Part shown: piece after piece, positions 1 to 11,967 of the stretch
Layout of the letters: each line of letters begins with the position of its first letter
Numbering within the stretch: the first letter of the stretch is position 1
Assembly: GCA_964187785.1 (NCBI GenBank)
Contig: OZ076409.1
Location: forward strand, 94,552,001-94,616,000
Direction: 5' to 3'
Source of the DNA: Amphiscolops sp. MND2022
Lineage: Eukaryota
DNA length: 64,000 nt
The notes under the pieces: model-generated
Seen by the model: the letters and a program-made list of their open reading frames with translations, nothing else
What the model was told of the DNA's origin: nothing
The model's database searches: none
Program-made: the position numbers and the translations under genes

Positions 1-870
1 GTTGCTACCAACTTAAGATTGCAACAATGCCCCGCTGTCAGAGAAATAACATAGACGCTCCAAATCTGCAAGCCCCTTCACCAGAAGCGTCCGCAACTGC
101 CCCCAGGTGAAACAAGCTCTGCAACGAAAAGAATTGACCACTCTGTTGTATAAAAACAAAAAACTCGAAAACTAAAACAAGGCTCTCAAGCGTTACGAAA
201 ACTATTTAGACAAACTGATTTCAAAATGTTCACTTAATTAAAAACAATCGCAATTAACCTGAACCAAATAGCTAATCATTTAATCACTCCCCATGTCTTT
301 CTGAATTTAAATCCCTTTATTATACGCAGCCCAATTATAACCCACTTACTTATTCAGTGACCCCCATATTTATAATAATTGCAGGCAACATTCCCAAAAA
401 GTACCCTCACTTCCCAAAATCGTTTCACATATTCCCTCTTTTCCCTATCAAATAAATACCTTAATTTTTCTTTCGCCGCCATACCCCGCGCTAATCCCAT
501 CACAATTGAATCTCTCACAAACTGACCCCCCATTTCTTTGAATGATTCACCATCCTTGGACCCTTCTTTGCAAAGAGTCGATTAATCAAAGTTTAATGTT
601 TTGTTTTCGAATTTTATTCAAAATTTGTACAAAAAATATTTTATACTAATGTCCCACCTCTCTTATCATGTGGCATATATTGCAATTTCCCTCACTCTCA
701 TTTTCACCAACTCTTCAAGTTTTTCTGTCACTATGAAAATAAAATTCTTTTGTAGCCATTTTCGTTCACCACACTGTAAAAGTTTCATAAAATGTACAAC
801 TTGGATGCTACTTCATTACGCTAGAAGGTCGGTTTTACCGACCTAATTGAACCTTCAAATGTTTTAACCC

Positions 871-908
871 CCTCTCTCTTTCTTCCTCTCTCTCTCTCTC
901 TCTCTCTC
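871..908. repeat. (TC)n microsatellite in G-poor repeat-derived DNA
   Basis: cctctctctttcttcctctctctctctctctctctctc; a comparable (GA)n tract lies at ~18443-18457. Confidence 0.9.
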
Positions 909-2849
909 GATTTGTTCAATTACCATTTTTCAACTCCGCCAATTTCCATGTTCCTGCTCTTTTGACGTCACTCGCTCGCTGCCTATTCATCACTGTTCTT
1001 TTCCAGTCACGTTCTCTTTCAAACGCTTCTCGAAGTAATCAACATGAACTGACTACAATTAAAATGATGCATTCCCCAAAAAAACACGCCAATTTTTAGT
1101 CTTTTGAACTCCAATATAAGAAACAAAACCTTTTCAAATTCATACATTCTTTTAAACTTAGCACCAACTCAAAGAATATTAATCGTAACTACACCTCTAT
1201 TTAATTGTCTAAAGCTGGAACTTGAGTATTCCCGAACCCTACGCAAGTAAAAAATAATGCCAAGACATAGTTACAACTTAAAATTATAATATTAGGATAT
1301 AGTTGAAACTCTTCTTGTAGAAAACAATTTACACCTTCCTCAGCTGCCTATAAACTTAAACTCACCTCTCCATATCTATTAAAACAACACCAAAACATTT
1401 TTATCCTAACTCAAACACCTCGTGCAAAACTTTAAAATTTCTCATTCTTTTTTTTCCAAACCCGGTCGGATGATATATCTATGATGTAAGGCCTCGAAAT
1501 CATCTCCCCGCCTATTTGTCTGAATGTCGCAACTTGGCGTACGCACTTTGAATTTTATTGTACTCATTTGTATTCATCAAATTTCCGATCTCTGTAGAGT
1601 TTTTTTGTTCTTTATCCTCTTCACAACTGAGATAAACGTTATACCTAAAAAGTTGTCAATTACATCTTGAGATTCTGACCAGACTTTGCAACTCTCTTAG
1701 CGTCTCCCTAAAGTACTGAACCTCTAAAATAAAGAAACATACCAACAAATACTTTAATTTCCCCCTCAAGTCTTAAACCCAGTGTTCAACAAACGCAAAC
1801 CCAGTTTTTAGATGCTATTTCTGCTGAAGTCTTGAAGTTCAGCCAGATACCCGTATAATATAGCAGTGCTGACTATCTATGATTGTAATACTATTTGACT
1901 CGTTTCACAAGAAGTTGAACCTAAAGATACACGTTTTTAGTGTAGTTTATTTAAACGTTATACACAAAATGAAAGTGTAATGGACGATTTTATGCTCCCC
2001 TTTTGCTAATACCTATAAATCCTTATATGTGAAAATGAATACTTTTCTTGACTAGGTGATGAAATAAGTGTAGCAATTGGGTTTTCCAAATAGGAGACGG
2101 TGAACGATCAAGCGTGAGACTGAAAATACCATTCCGTCGATCGTCTGTCTGCACCAATGACGCAAGCTGTTATTCCTAAGGCGAAAGGGGTAAAGAATCA
2201 AAGTCGAAGAGCGCTGGAAGCAGAAACAGCTGAGAATCGGAAACTCCTCAGTCTATGCAGTCGAGAAGAAAACCAGCACAACTGACTTCGTTTCGGTCTA
2301 ACCAGGATGTGATGCAAATGATGAACATCTTTTGGACACTACGATCCATTCACAAAGAACGAAACGTGTACGTATAGCACAGGAGTGGTTTGGTGTTAGA
2401 ATCTGGGAATGTACAGTTCAGATGAACTCTGAAGTGCCTTAAAATTATCAAAGAACCGTATCTGAGACCAGATTAATTTTTCAAATCGTGAACCCTGTTT
2501 TAGTTGGACTTTGATACCTGAATATTATTGTATCCTGTTTCTAATTTGCGAAGGAATGTGGTAGCTTTCTACCGTAAAACTCTTTGCACTTAGAACTAAG
2601 AAATATTCTCATATTTGAATATTAACTATTTGCCTAAAAGATAAAAATCACCGTGTTGTCTAAATACAGTTACAAAACTGTCTATACTACACGAGTTGCG
2701 TTTCTGCAGTTAGCGATTACACTATAGTTGAATCTCAGTGATACACCTCATGAATTAATTGTAATTACTTTTTTGTAAAAAAAACAATTGTATACTGTCC
2801 CGCTATCTTTCATGAGTCAACCTTAGTGTGAAAATCGTTTGACCCCTAC

Positions 2850-4269
2850 CTCAAACTGAAATGAGCACAGTTAAAAATGAAACGCGGCAGCTTGAAATCC
2901 GCATACTGTCCATAGTCATATTCGTAATCAAAGTCACCGTAGTCATAATCGCTTTGACCGTCTTCAATCGGCCGAAAATTAGTGGACATGTCCCATGCAT
3001 TCACGGCTAAAACTGTTATGATAGCCCCAACAAGACACGCTGACAATGCTATCATCCTGTTCTTAGTCAAAAGGTCAGACGTTGGATGACATATCAAGCA
3101 ATATCTGATGAACGCTGAAGCGAAGATGCACAATCCGGTAGAGAATTCATTAACAATCAGCCTGAAGAATGTCAATCCACAGCCAAGTTTTCCTGCATGC
3201 ATGCGGCTTTTCCAGCTTTTTCGTAGATTTTGCTTTGAAACATAAAAGCGATTCAAAAGAACTTCATTCTTCGACTGGAGTTTTTTCACAAACTTGAAAT
3301 GTCTTGCCAGAATTGCAGGCATTTTTTTGCATTTGGCAGTTTTTTTAGAACTTCTCAAATTTTTGTGAACGTTTTTAGTCGGCGCTTTTCTTAAGAAAAG
3401 AGCCCGACTATTACAGTCACTCGTTTTTTTTATTTAAGACAGACTCGAAGCGACGAACGTTAACGTTCAGTATCTTCAACTAAACGAATACCCCGGAAAC
3501 GCATCTAAGTTATTCCAAAGGGTGCCCCTTTGATTTTTTTACTTTTTATTTACTTTTTCAAGGAAACCCACAAAACCGGACGTGCCTAAAGGGTCCCCCT
3601 TTGGATTTTTTCGGCACTGTGCGACTTTTTTTCGAAAAATTTTTTAATGTCCCCAAAGGGTCCCCCCTTCGAGGTTTTTGATTTTTTGCAACGGAATGTA
3701 TGTCAATAAGTCCAGATGGGTCCCCCTTTTACATTTTTTGGCACAATACGACTTTTTTTGAAAGAAAAAAATTTTCAAGTTTTGCGCTTTTTGAGCCTTA
3801 GATATGGCGCCGACTTTAGACGTTCTCGTCTTGTTTGTTGTTGACGCGAATAAACAGAGCTGAAAATGCCTGAAAGTATTTGAATCGACACAATAATGTC
3901 CGAATCCACCTCGGGAGTTTCAGCCGCTGAATATTCCAAAGCAGTGCGAAATTTATGGAGTGAGACAATAACGTAAACAAAGTTTGATAACCCTGGGCCT
4001 ATCATATCAATCAAGGCTTGCAGTCCGATCGGAAAGAAAAAGAGATTCTTGAACTCGTCAGTTGTTAGCAGGCAGTAGAGAAGATAGGCATTCAAAATAA
4101 AACATAAGCAACTTCCGACAAACGAAAAAATCGTGGACCATGAATAAAACGCAAGCATACCATCATCAGTATGGAAAAAGCGCGCGTAATCCAAATCATA
4201 TGGTGGAAAACTCGATAGCGACGTATTAAGGGTAGCTGTTGTTGTGTTTGTTGTTCTGTTGCCAAACAT
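2850..4269 (-). CDS. Rhodopsin-family GPCR, partial (exons 4269-3870 and 3192-2850; TM1-TM4 plus ECL2)
   Basis: N-terminus has NRT/NTT/NTS sequons. Hydrophobic TM1 (TIFSFVGSCLCFILNAYLLYCLL) and TM2 (FFPIGLQALIDMIGP). TM3 has the conserved Cys and a DRY-like motif (GCGLTFF...SAFIRYCLICHP). TM4 is MIALSACLVGAIITVLAV. Acceptor cag|G at 3192 and donor AG|gtaggg at 2850. TM5-7 exons not found in the window. Confidence 0.8.
3372..3836 (+). mobile_element. Non-autonomous Helentron/DINE-1-like element (HINE) in GPCR intron
   Basis: 5' subTIR AGTCGGCGC folds with a downstream partial inverse GCCCGACT. 3' subTIR GCGCCGACT (3807-3815) is followed by hairpin AGACG-TTCT-CGTCT and a T-rich end. Internal repeats of aaagggtccccc...ttttcggcac. 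No TSD. Confidence 0.75.
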
Positions 4270-4859
4270 CCCAACTAATGTCCTGAAAAACACAAAATAG
4301 AGCTATTTTTTTCATTTCTGGGTAAATAGAAGATTCACGAATGAAACAGCTGAAAAATGTATCTTTTTGTGTTCATGTAATCACCTTTTTGTGTTCAAGC
4401 AGCTATATGTTCATGTAATCAACAAATATAAAAACATAGACGGTTTTCAGACACTTTTCTGATTTGTTCTGCATTTGTGCGCACAAAAGCACATCAGAAA
4501 CTACTAATAATACAGCATAACTTCTGCAATGAAACAAACGATCAATTGAGAGAACGATCATGGAACACACTTAATACCAATCGTGTCAACCTAAGAGTTT
4601 TGAAAAAGCTGTTCTGTGAAAACATTGATTCCAATAAACTACCAATGCCTAAAATTCCATTTCGAGAGCAAAACAAGAATGTCATATATTCCGGAAACGA
4701 ACCATACAATAAAACTACGAGTTCAAGAAAGGGTAAATATGAGGAACCATGTGTTCCGTTGAAGAGCTTATACATCAAAAACATGAACTTTCATAAACAT
4801 ACTATACAATGGTAATGAAATCAAGTCAAACATTGATCACCAATGTTCTATCATAAAGC

Positions 4860-5330
4860 TCACAAATGTGCCAGATGTTCCCTTTGCATTTGGGGCTATT
4901 CCAATTAGCAATTTCTTCTGGTTCTCAGCTAGTATTTTTGTGAGCTCGGACATTAATTCCTGTCTGAGTGACGTTTTATTCTCGTCTAAGTTCCCTGCTT
5001 GAAGTTTGGGAGATTTACTAGTACCAGCCGGAGACTAGTTGCTCTGCAGTCTTCCTTTTCTGACTTGTGATTGTCACTTTTCAGTTGAAACAAAGAGCTT
5101 GAAAGTTTTGAATTTTTCAACAGAACTCGTTGGAACGACGATACAAACAATGTACAAACAATGGTTATTAACTTAATTCATTTGATTCAAAACCAACATG
5201 TTCACACTTTTCTAGCATTATTTGTTCCCCACCTAAAGATTCCTAGACATCATAAAAACTGATTCATATCATGTCAGTCCGGCTTCTAAAATTCAGGTAT
5301 TAAAAGTCCTAGTTGAGCCAATCATGCGTC
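4860..5330 (-). mobile_element. Degenerate LTR-like relic, paralogue of 11968-12650
   Basis: Translates to ITSQKRKTAEQLVS...KTSLRQELMSELTKILAENQK. Shares the upstream motif gcattatttgttccccacctaaagattcctag with ~12499-12530. Confidence 0.65.
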
Positions 5331-7654
5331 ACGATTGTTGAAATCAAATTCTTTCTACTTATTACAGCGTTAAACTTAAGATCCGCTTTATATTTTGACG
5401 ATGAAAGAACGCTAGGTATGAACAAATACTCAATTCGCCGAGAGGGATTTTAGGGAAATTGGAGTAAAAGGGTGACAAGCAAAAATAGGTGAAGCAACTA
5501 AAACGAAAGGAAAAAAATGTTAAAGTAGGGAAATGGCCGAACTACAGTATGTGTAAAAACTATTGCTAGAAGATCAATTTCTGATCAATATTGCACTCTG
5601 ATCATTTATATAGACATTTAAACTGGTTTCTCCCCGAAATGATAGAATACTTATTTAAAAACAACATATTATCTTTTTTACTGGAAATGTATTCAAAGAG
5701 AGTGGTGATAAGGTCTTACAGCCGGGAAACAACTAAAGCTTTCAAATTCAAACACATTAACAAACAACAACATTTTACGTTCTCAACAAGCACAAGCATA
5801 GTAAATGTTAGGGAATTCACATAATTCACGCGTAATATAGTCACTGTATTTTACGTAGAAAAACTTCATTGACTATATTGCGCCTTCATTGGATTGGAGT
5901 TGACGTCACACATTAAGTTAACCATGAGTAAACGAATTGTTCTCATAAAGTTCTAAGAGAAATCAGGTTAGGCTGATCATTTTGAGGCATTGTCAACGTG
6001 TTTTCATGGTCAACTTAACCGTGCATGCAGCAAAAAAATGGAAAGTTTTCAGGGTGAACACTCCCAGTGAATTGGGAATATCTTCATGAATTATTCTCGC
6101 AAAAAAAATTTTTCTTGAAGTCTTCAAACTAGCAATAAGCCACGTTATATTCCTCATGATCTACATCAGTGCTTATGGAAGATCGTTTTTAAAAGCAGAA
6201 AAAGCGAGCACGCCTATTGAGCCAACCTTCAGAATTGACGTAGCGTTGACATGTGTATGTGGATTAGCTATCGTTGACCGAAGACGTCAAGCTCCGAAAT
6301 CATTCTAATTCTGGTACTAGTGACGTCGTAGAATTACTACTGTTGGCCTGAGCGCAAATGTGACGTCCTATATGCGATGCTAATGGTTCATCATGCTAGC
6401 AGTCCCGAGTATTAGGTCTGCCATAAGACAATTTCGATGCGTTGTAAGTATTTGCTTCGATAACTTACTTGTAATCCTAATAAATCCAACAACCGTTTAT
6501 AGATGAATTTATCGTACTATTGGAGTACTATATATTTTGTTACTTCAGGTCGTTTTTATCCATCAAATTACGGATTCAATGGTGTTTTAGTTTTCTTCTT
6601 TTTAGGTTGGAAAAACGGATGCATAACATTCTCTTCTTGTATTTCTCCTCTTCACTCCCCCTCGTTAATTCCGTTGACGTGAGCCGGTCAAATTGGGAAG
6701 GTTGACCATGTTGAACGGCATGGATGTTATGGATGTACTTTGATAGGTGCCTTTTTCCTCGTCAGACGGAATGTCTACGAAATTTTTCCCGAGAATTGCC
6801 ATTTAGAAGAATGGAGTCTGATAATGGATTTGAAGATCTTTTACAGCAGTTGGAGAATCAATGAGTGGAATTATTTTTCTTTTTTTCTTTAGATTTAGGT
6901 TTCTCTCCATTTTTTCACTTCTGTCTTCCCATTTAGTTTTCTTCCGTCTCTTCTGTGATTGGCTGAGGTAGAAAATATAGGTTTCTGCTAATTTTTCGTT
7001 ACTTGCGTAGTTATGTTGTCATCAATTCTTTCAACTTGGGTTACATCATTATGACGTCACTACTTCCACAGTGAACCTTTTTTGAATTTTGTTTTGTTTT
7101 GTTTTCCAGGTTGTTTTGAATCCTTGCACTCCTTCATGAGAGTTGAAACTGGACCTCATTCGTACCCTGCCCGTTTCGTTAACGGCAACGAGACTGGGTA
7201 TGAGTAGACTGAAGACGATGTCCAGCGGTCTGACGTCAATGCTGCGCGTCCCATCTCAGGTTGATAAAATCTTTCCGATTTTCTTGGGTAATTGGACTTC
7301 AATTAAGTTATCAGCAATTTAGTCTTACCCGGTCTACTACTACTAACGGGCCCGAACCGGATCTTAATTTTCAGTAACTCAATCTGATGAGCCAGTTCTT
7401 GAGTCCAGCTGTGGCCCCGCTGTTGTGGCAGGTACTGCATTGCCTTCTGTTCCTCTGGAGATGCTTCCGGTTGCGATTTTGAGACTAATGTCCCCAGTGA
7501 ATACGAAGAAGGCTAGCTTGGAGGGACTTTATGCTGAGTGTGGTGGCTATTGCAGTTGTCAGCGTATTTTAAGTATATTTTCTTTAGGTGTTGGTGTGTT
7601 CCCGTTTCGGAGAAGTACAGTGTCTTTCAAGAGGCCGCCTAAGCGGCGGAAGTC

Positions 7655-7769
7655 ACTAACTACTCCACCTGGCATGCATAATTTTTTTTGAGAAGCGGAG
7701 TCGGATAGTACGGTACTAACCGGCTCCGCTTCTCAATAAACATTATGCATGCCAGGTGCAGTAGTTAGT
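7655..7769. repeat. 115-bp near-perfect palindrome
   Basis: 57-bp arms centred on 7712 with a 1-nt spacer and 5 mismatches, one of them G-T. Confidence 0.95.
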
Positions 7770-9449
7770 TGTATGTTTCACATTTGTGTTCTTTTCCTTG
7801 ATTACGTTTTTACTATTAGTTTGTAAAGATGACGACAACATGGTCGCGTTCCCTAGTAGCACGATTGAGCCCTCAGGATAAGGAGACGGCGTAGTTTTTT
7901 TGAGGTGGAAAGCCGCACTGTTCGTTCGATTGAAAGCGGTTAGTTGTTGTTTTTCATTGTAATTGCTTGTGTCTTGGCGTTGCCACATGTTTTGCTTTAC
8001 CAGTGGTAGGATTTACTGAACTGACTAAAAAATTTAAGAAGAGCGTGGCACCAACGGAAAGTGTGAAAATACAGTAGTTGCAATCAATAGGCGAATACCA
8101 ACTTTGATTCCCATGTTTGGCGATTTTGCTGATGTGCCGAAGTGTGCTCGAGCAACATTTATCCACTGTTGTGTGAGTCGTTGTGTTTCTAGTGCGTCAC
8201 GTGGTTCTGGCGAATTTGGGCAACAATTTGGGTTTGATGGACACTGGCCGAACGACGTGACATACCGGGTGCACATGGCTTTGCTGGTATGTAAGAAATC
8301 AATGGAGCCTTTGACCTGGAGCGGGCTGAACGTCAGTCTCGTCCGTTTGTAAACTTCAGCCAAGTGTTCCCGTTTCCCGAAGATCTCCTCCAAAACTACT
8401 TGGAAGTAGACTCAAAGGTCCTTTGCATGACCCTAGTTTCGTGGGTTTGTCAACTTCTACATGTGGGAGAGACTTTACCCTGCTGCGCCGATTGTGCAGT
8501 TACTTCACTTCGTCGTTGGGCGAAGGCGAGCCAGGTATTGCACTGAATTGGAGCCGCTCGGAGACTGTGGTAGGTTGCAAGATTTTTATCGCATGAAGTA
8601 GTACTGTTCTGGGTTGATCTTTGCGTCTTTTTTCAAAGGGCTTGCTGCTCATGGTTAAGAGTTTCACCATCTGTCATCGTTTGTCTTTCTCTATTGTTGT
8701 AGAATGCGTTGGTTTTTCAGTCGTTCTTGAGTCAAGGTTTATCTCCCCGAGGGTATTTTGACTCGTGTTGAACAGTATTGTCAGTTTCAAAGAGTACAGT
8801 ACGAGAAAGGTGAGGCCCTGGAGTACTGTTCCGTTGTTTTCTGAGAGTGTGAGCATTTAAAAAAAATTGTGTCGCAGGGCAGCCTGTACCCGATGCAGAG
8901 TTGATTGCTATTGCTCAAGTCGTGAGCAGCTTGGAGATGCAGCGACTGCCTTGGAACATCCGCGGAGCTAGCCGGTTGTAAAGGCGTGTTTTGGGTGATG
9001 AGCGGAGAGGTAATCGACAGGTTGTCATCTTGCAGAAGTTTGATGAGGCTATTTTCCTACAGTATTTTCGCCAGGCTCATCAAGTTCCTTTCGACTTGGT
9101 TGAAATGATTACCCTGGTCGAATACATCATCCATCGGATGAAGAACGCAATTTATCAGATTGGGCTGAAAATAAAGTGTTGCATCCGCAAGGTTTTTGTT
9201 GAGTTCAGCGAGCTACGTGGTGTTTTGGGCGACTTAATAAAAGGTCTGGCCGTCTATTCGCCCTTAAAATCGGTGTATCGGGGTTCCTCACGCACAGGAG
9301 AAGGTTGACAGTGAGTTAGTTTGTTAGTTGTTTTGTTTTCATTTACCTTTCATAAGAAGAAACTTGTCCACATCGGTGTCGTTGTTGTTATTGGGCGAGG
9401 TTGACAGACTGACTTGTGTTCGTTCACAACATTGTGCAGAGTTTTGGAC

Positions 9450-10133
9450 GGTGTGCGTTCATTTCACCCCAAAATCATTTCACCCCATATCATTTCACCC
9501 CATATCATTTCACCCCACATTCATTTCACCCCACATTCATTTCACCCCACATTCATTTCACCCCACATTAATTTCACCCCACGTTCATTTCACCCCACAT
9601 TAATTTCACCCCACGTTCATTTCACCCCACTTTCATTTCGCACCATATTGTAATTGTACGAAATCGTCTCACCCTAATTAACCAATTAACAATTAAACTT
9701 TGATGTCTACTGTCTTTGAATCAGCTTTGATTTGATTGTCAGTTTCTGGCCTGTAGGATTTTTTTTGCCATAGGAAAACTGAATAGGACATTTTCCGCTG
9801 AATGATTTTTTTCAGCGCCTTGTTCAGAAGTATTACAATTCCAATAAGTGATTATTTTCGGTTCCGATTTTGTGGTTCACATAGAAAGCATCGTTTGCTT
9901 ATCTAATTGGTAATTAGATTCAAGACGCTTTTCTATTAGCGCTATGATTAAAATTGGGTGGCAATAGTCATTAATCTGAGACGCATCTTATAATTTAAAT
10001 GTGGGGTGAAACGAACGTGGGGTGAAATGAACGTGGGGTGAAATGAACCTGGGGTGAAATGAACGTGGGGTGAAATGACATGGGGTGAAATGATATGGGG
10101 TGAAATGAACGTGGGGTGAAATGATACTAAACC
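9450..10133. mobile_element. Foldback/Mutator-type non-autonomous element with TIRs made of ~17-bp tandem repeats
   Basis: Left arm is (TTCATTTCACCCCACRT)-like repeats and the right arm is the inverse. GGT...ACC termini. Exact 9-bp TSD GTTTTGGAC at 9441-9449 and 10134-10142. Confidence 0.9.
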
Positions 10134-11967
10134 GTTTTGGACTGCTTCGTTTAATGCTGGACATATGAAAGTATAGTTGTTTGTTTTGTTCTTGAGTTCT
10201 TCTTCTTTTTCCTTCTTTTTGTTTTCCACTTGGTTCTCCGTTGTGATTAAGTTCATATTAATTTCGCATGTCACGTTACGGCCGAATCGTTCTAAATATG
10301 ATCTACATAAATACGACAAGTTGTTTAACTTCGTGTATTCCTTTTTGCTGAAGGCGCAGGATTCCCCGGAAAGCCTATACAGATGCAGTAAAGATTGTCA
10401 AGTTTTAGAATGTGCCGATGGAAGTGTTCTTGGCCAATTACGATTTTGGGAAGGGGCTGGCGGCCGGTAAGACTAATCCGAGATTTTCGAGTGCGATGCA
10501 GATAGGTTGTATGATTATTCTGATTGTGTAGTGCGTTAGTGTGACGTCCGGCGTCTCACGATGGTTGTTTTGTTTTGTCCCAAAATTATGTTAGAAGCGA
10601 CAATAGCACGGTTTTTGGACTCCTTGCGGAACTATGTAGACTGCTGGAATGGTGCGGGGTAGTATCAGCTGACGAGTCAAAAGCTCGAGTCGATTGAGGG
10701 TATTCCCATTTGTCGTTCTTTACATTGCACTCCGTGGTTTAGGTACAGAGCGCCATTACTAACACAGTGGACTTTTTTGTGCTCCCTGGATTTGACCTTT
10801 CGCACTACTTCTGTGGTGCCAATATTGAAGCATTTGTTTCACTGTTTGCTAGCCCAAAGGCGCAAGTCTTGTGAAGGTTACTACGTGGACTGCAATAAGG
10901 CAAACCGGCGAGCTCAGATCGAGCAGGAGGTGGGAAGCTGCTACATTGTGTTTGGGAAAGTTGTTTCGGGATTGTTTCTACGTACCTTGGTTTTCTTTTT
11001 TCTTATCAATCTGGATTCCCGGTCTGTTCGTTACTCTGTTGACAGCAATTTTTCATTCTGTGGGTCAGCGGGGGCAATGGTAACTTCTGAGACGGCGTCT
11101 AGACTGGGTGCCATCACTCCAGAAGGAGGCGAACAATGTTGGTCTGGACTCGCAAGCTCGTTCACTTCAGATTCGATGGTCGCTGTTTCCATTTGTGTTA
11201 TTGCAGTCACGGGCTCGTCTCGCAACGGGGTGGTATTACTTGAAAAGGTACGGAAATAAGTTTTGCTGGGTCATTTGCGGGCTCATCCTCAGTCATTTCA
11301 ATGCTCGCAACTACCTGAACCTAAGAAAGGCCAGCTTGGCTCAGCTCTGGGATTTGTGTAGAAGAACTGCCACAAGTCGCTTCAGGCAGGCTGTCAGCAA
11401 AACTGTTGTGGCCAACCCGCACGAATTTCTCCTCGTTCTGCTTCCACATACTGGGTTGCTTCGTTCCTTTTGCCCACAGAGCAAGTCCAGAAATACCTCC
11501 ACTACCACATATGGGTTGCCAGGTATGCCTTTAGTGATGGCCAAAGCTTTGATTGCCGGTGCTAGGGAAATCAACGGTGTGGAAGCTCTTAGCTTTTGAT
11601 AGTTATGATGAATAGTTGAACAATTTGGTCTACCACCTCTGGTTTCGTCCAACTTTTGACGGCTGCCAGTATCATCCTGGAAATATCGCACAAGAAGGGA
11701 CACTGCAGCCCGCTGGCCTTTGGGCCATTTTCACGGCCTCCCAGACGTTGTATCGCAGCAGCCAGGACGCTCAGAACTGCATAATCAACCCATTCGGGGA
11801 AATTTGTCGCCATGCCTGTCTTGGGATGCAGAGGGATGTTTAGCAATCCATCTGGGTGGATATCTCATGACATGGGGAGAACGCTTCTTACTGTTGTTAA
11901 TTTTTGATCTATTTGCTTCTTGTCCGTATTGATTGTTCAAGCAATAGGGGTCTGAAGTTGGCAAAAG

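Larger units (their letters stand above)
6500..11900 (-). mobile_element. Decayed coding-like region, probably internal part of a large retroelement (no recognisable domain)
   Basis: Higher GC than flanks, many broken 60-160 aa ORFs and no splice structure. Interrupted by a Foldback element and bounded by LTR-like relics. Confidence 0.35.

Noticed and set aside
1976..2721. Solo LTR with TGTAAT...ATTACA ends
   Set aside because: No matching TSD and no second copy in the window, so unsupported.
3775..3869. C-terminal tail of the 172-aa ORF (…RRERLKSAPYLRLKKRKT)
   Set aside because: Read-through into the intron and the HINE end.
5900..7240. Cluster of TGACGTCA/CRE-like motifs
   Set aside because: Short motifs in repeat-derived DNA; enrichment could not be tested by eye.
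9328..9653. ORFs with HFTPH/ISPH repeats, also RRQKF/VVGNF (56116-57182) and Ser/Thr-rich (18116-18463)
   Set aside because: Translation artefacts of tandem repeats.
9450..10133. CRISPR-like regular short repeats (also 56317-57042 and 63200-63762)
   Set aside because: No unique spacers and no cas genes; the arrays are inverted pairs, two with TSDs, in eukaryotic DNA.
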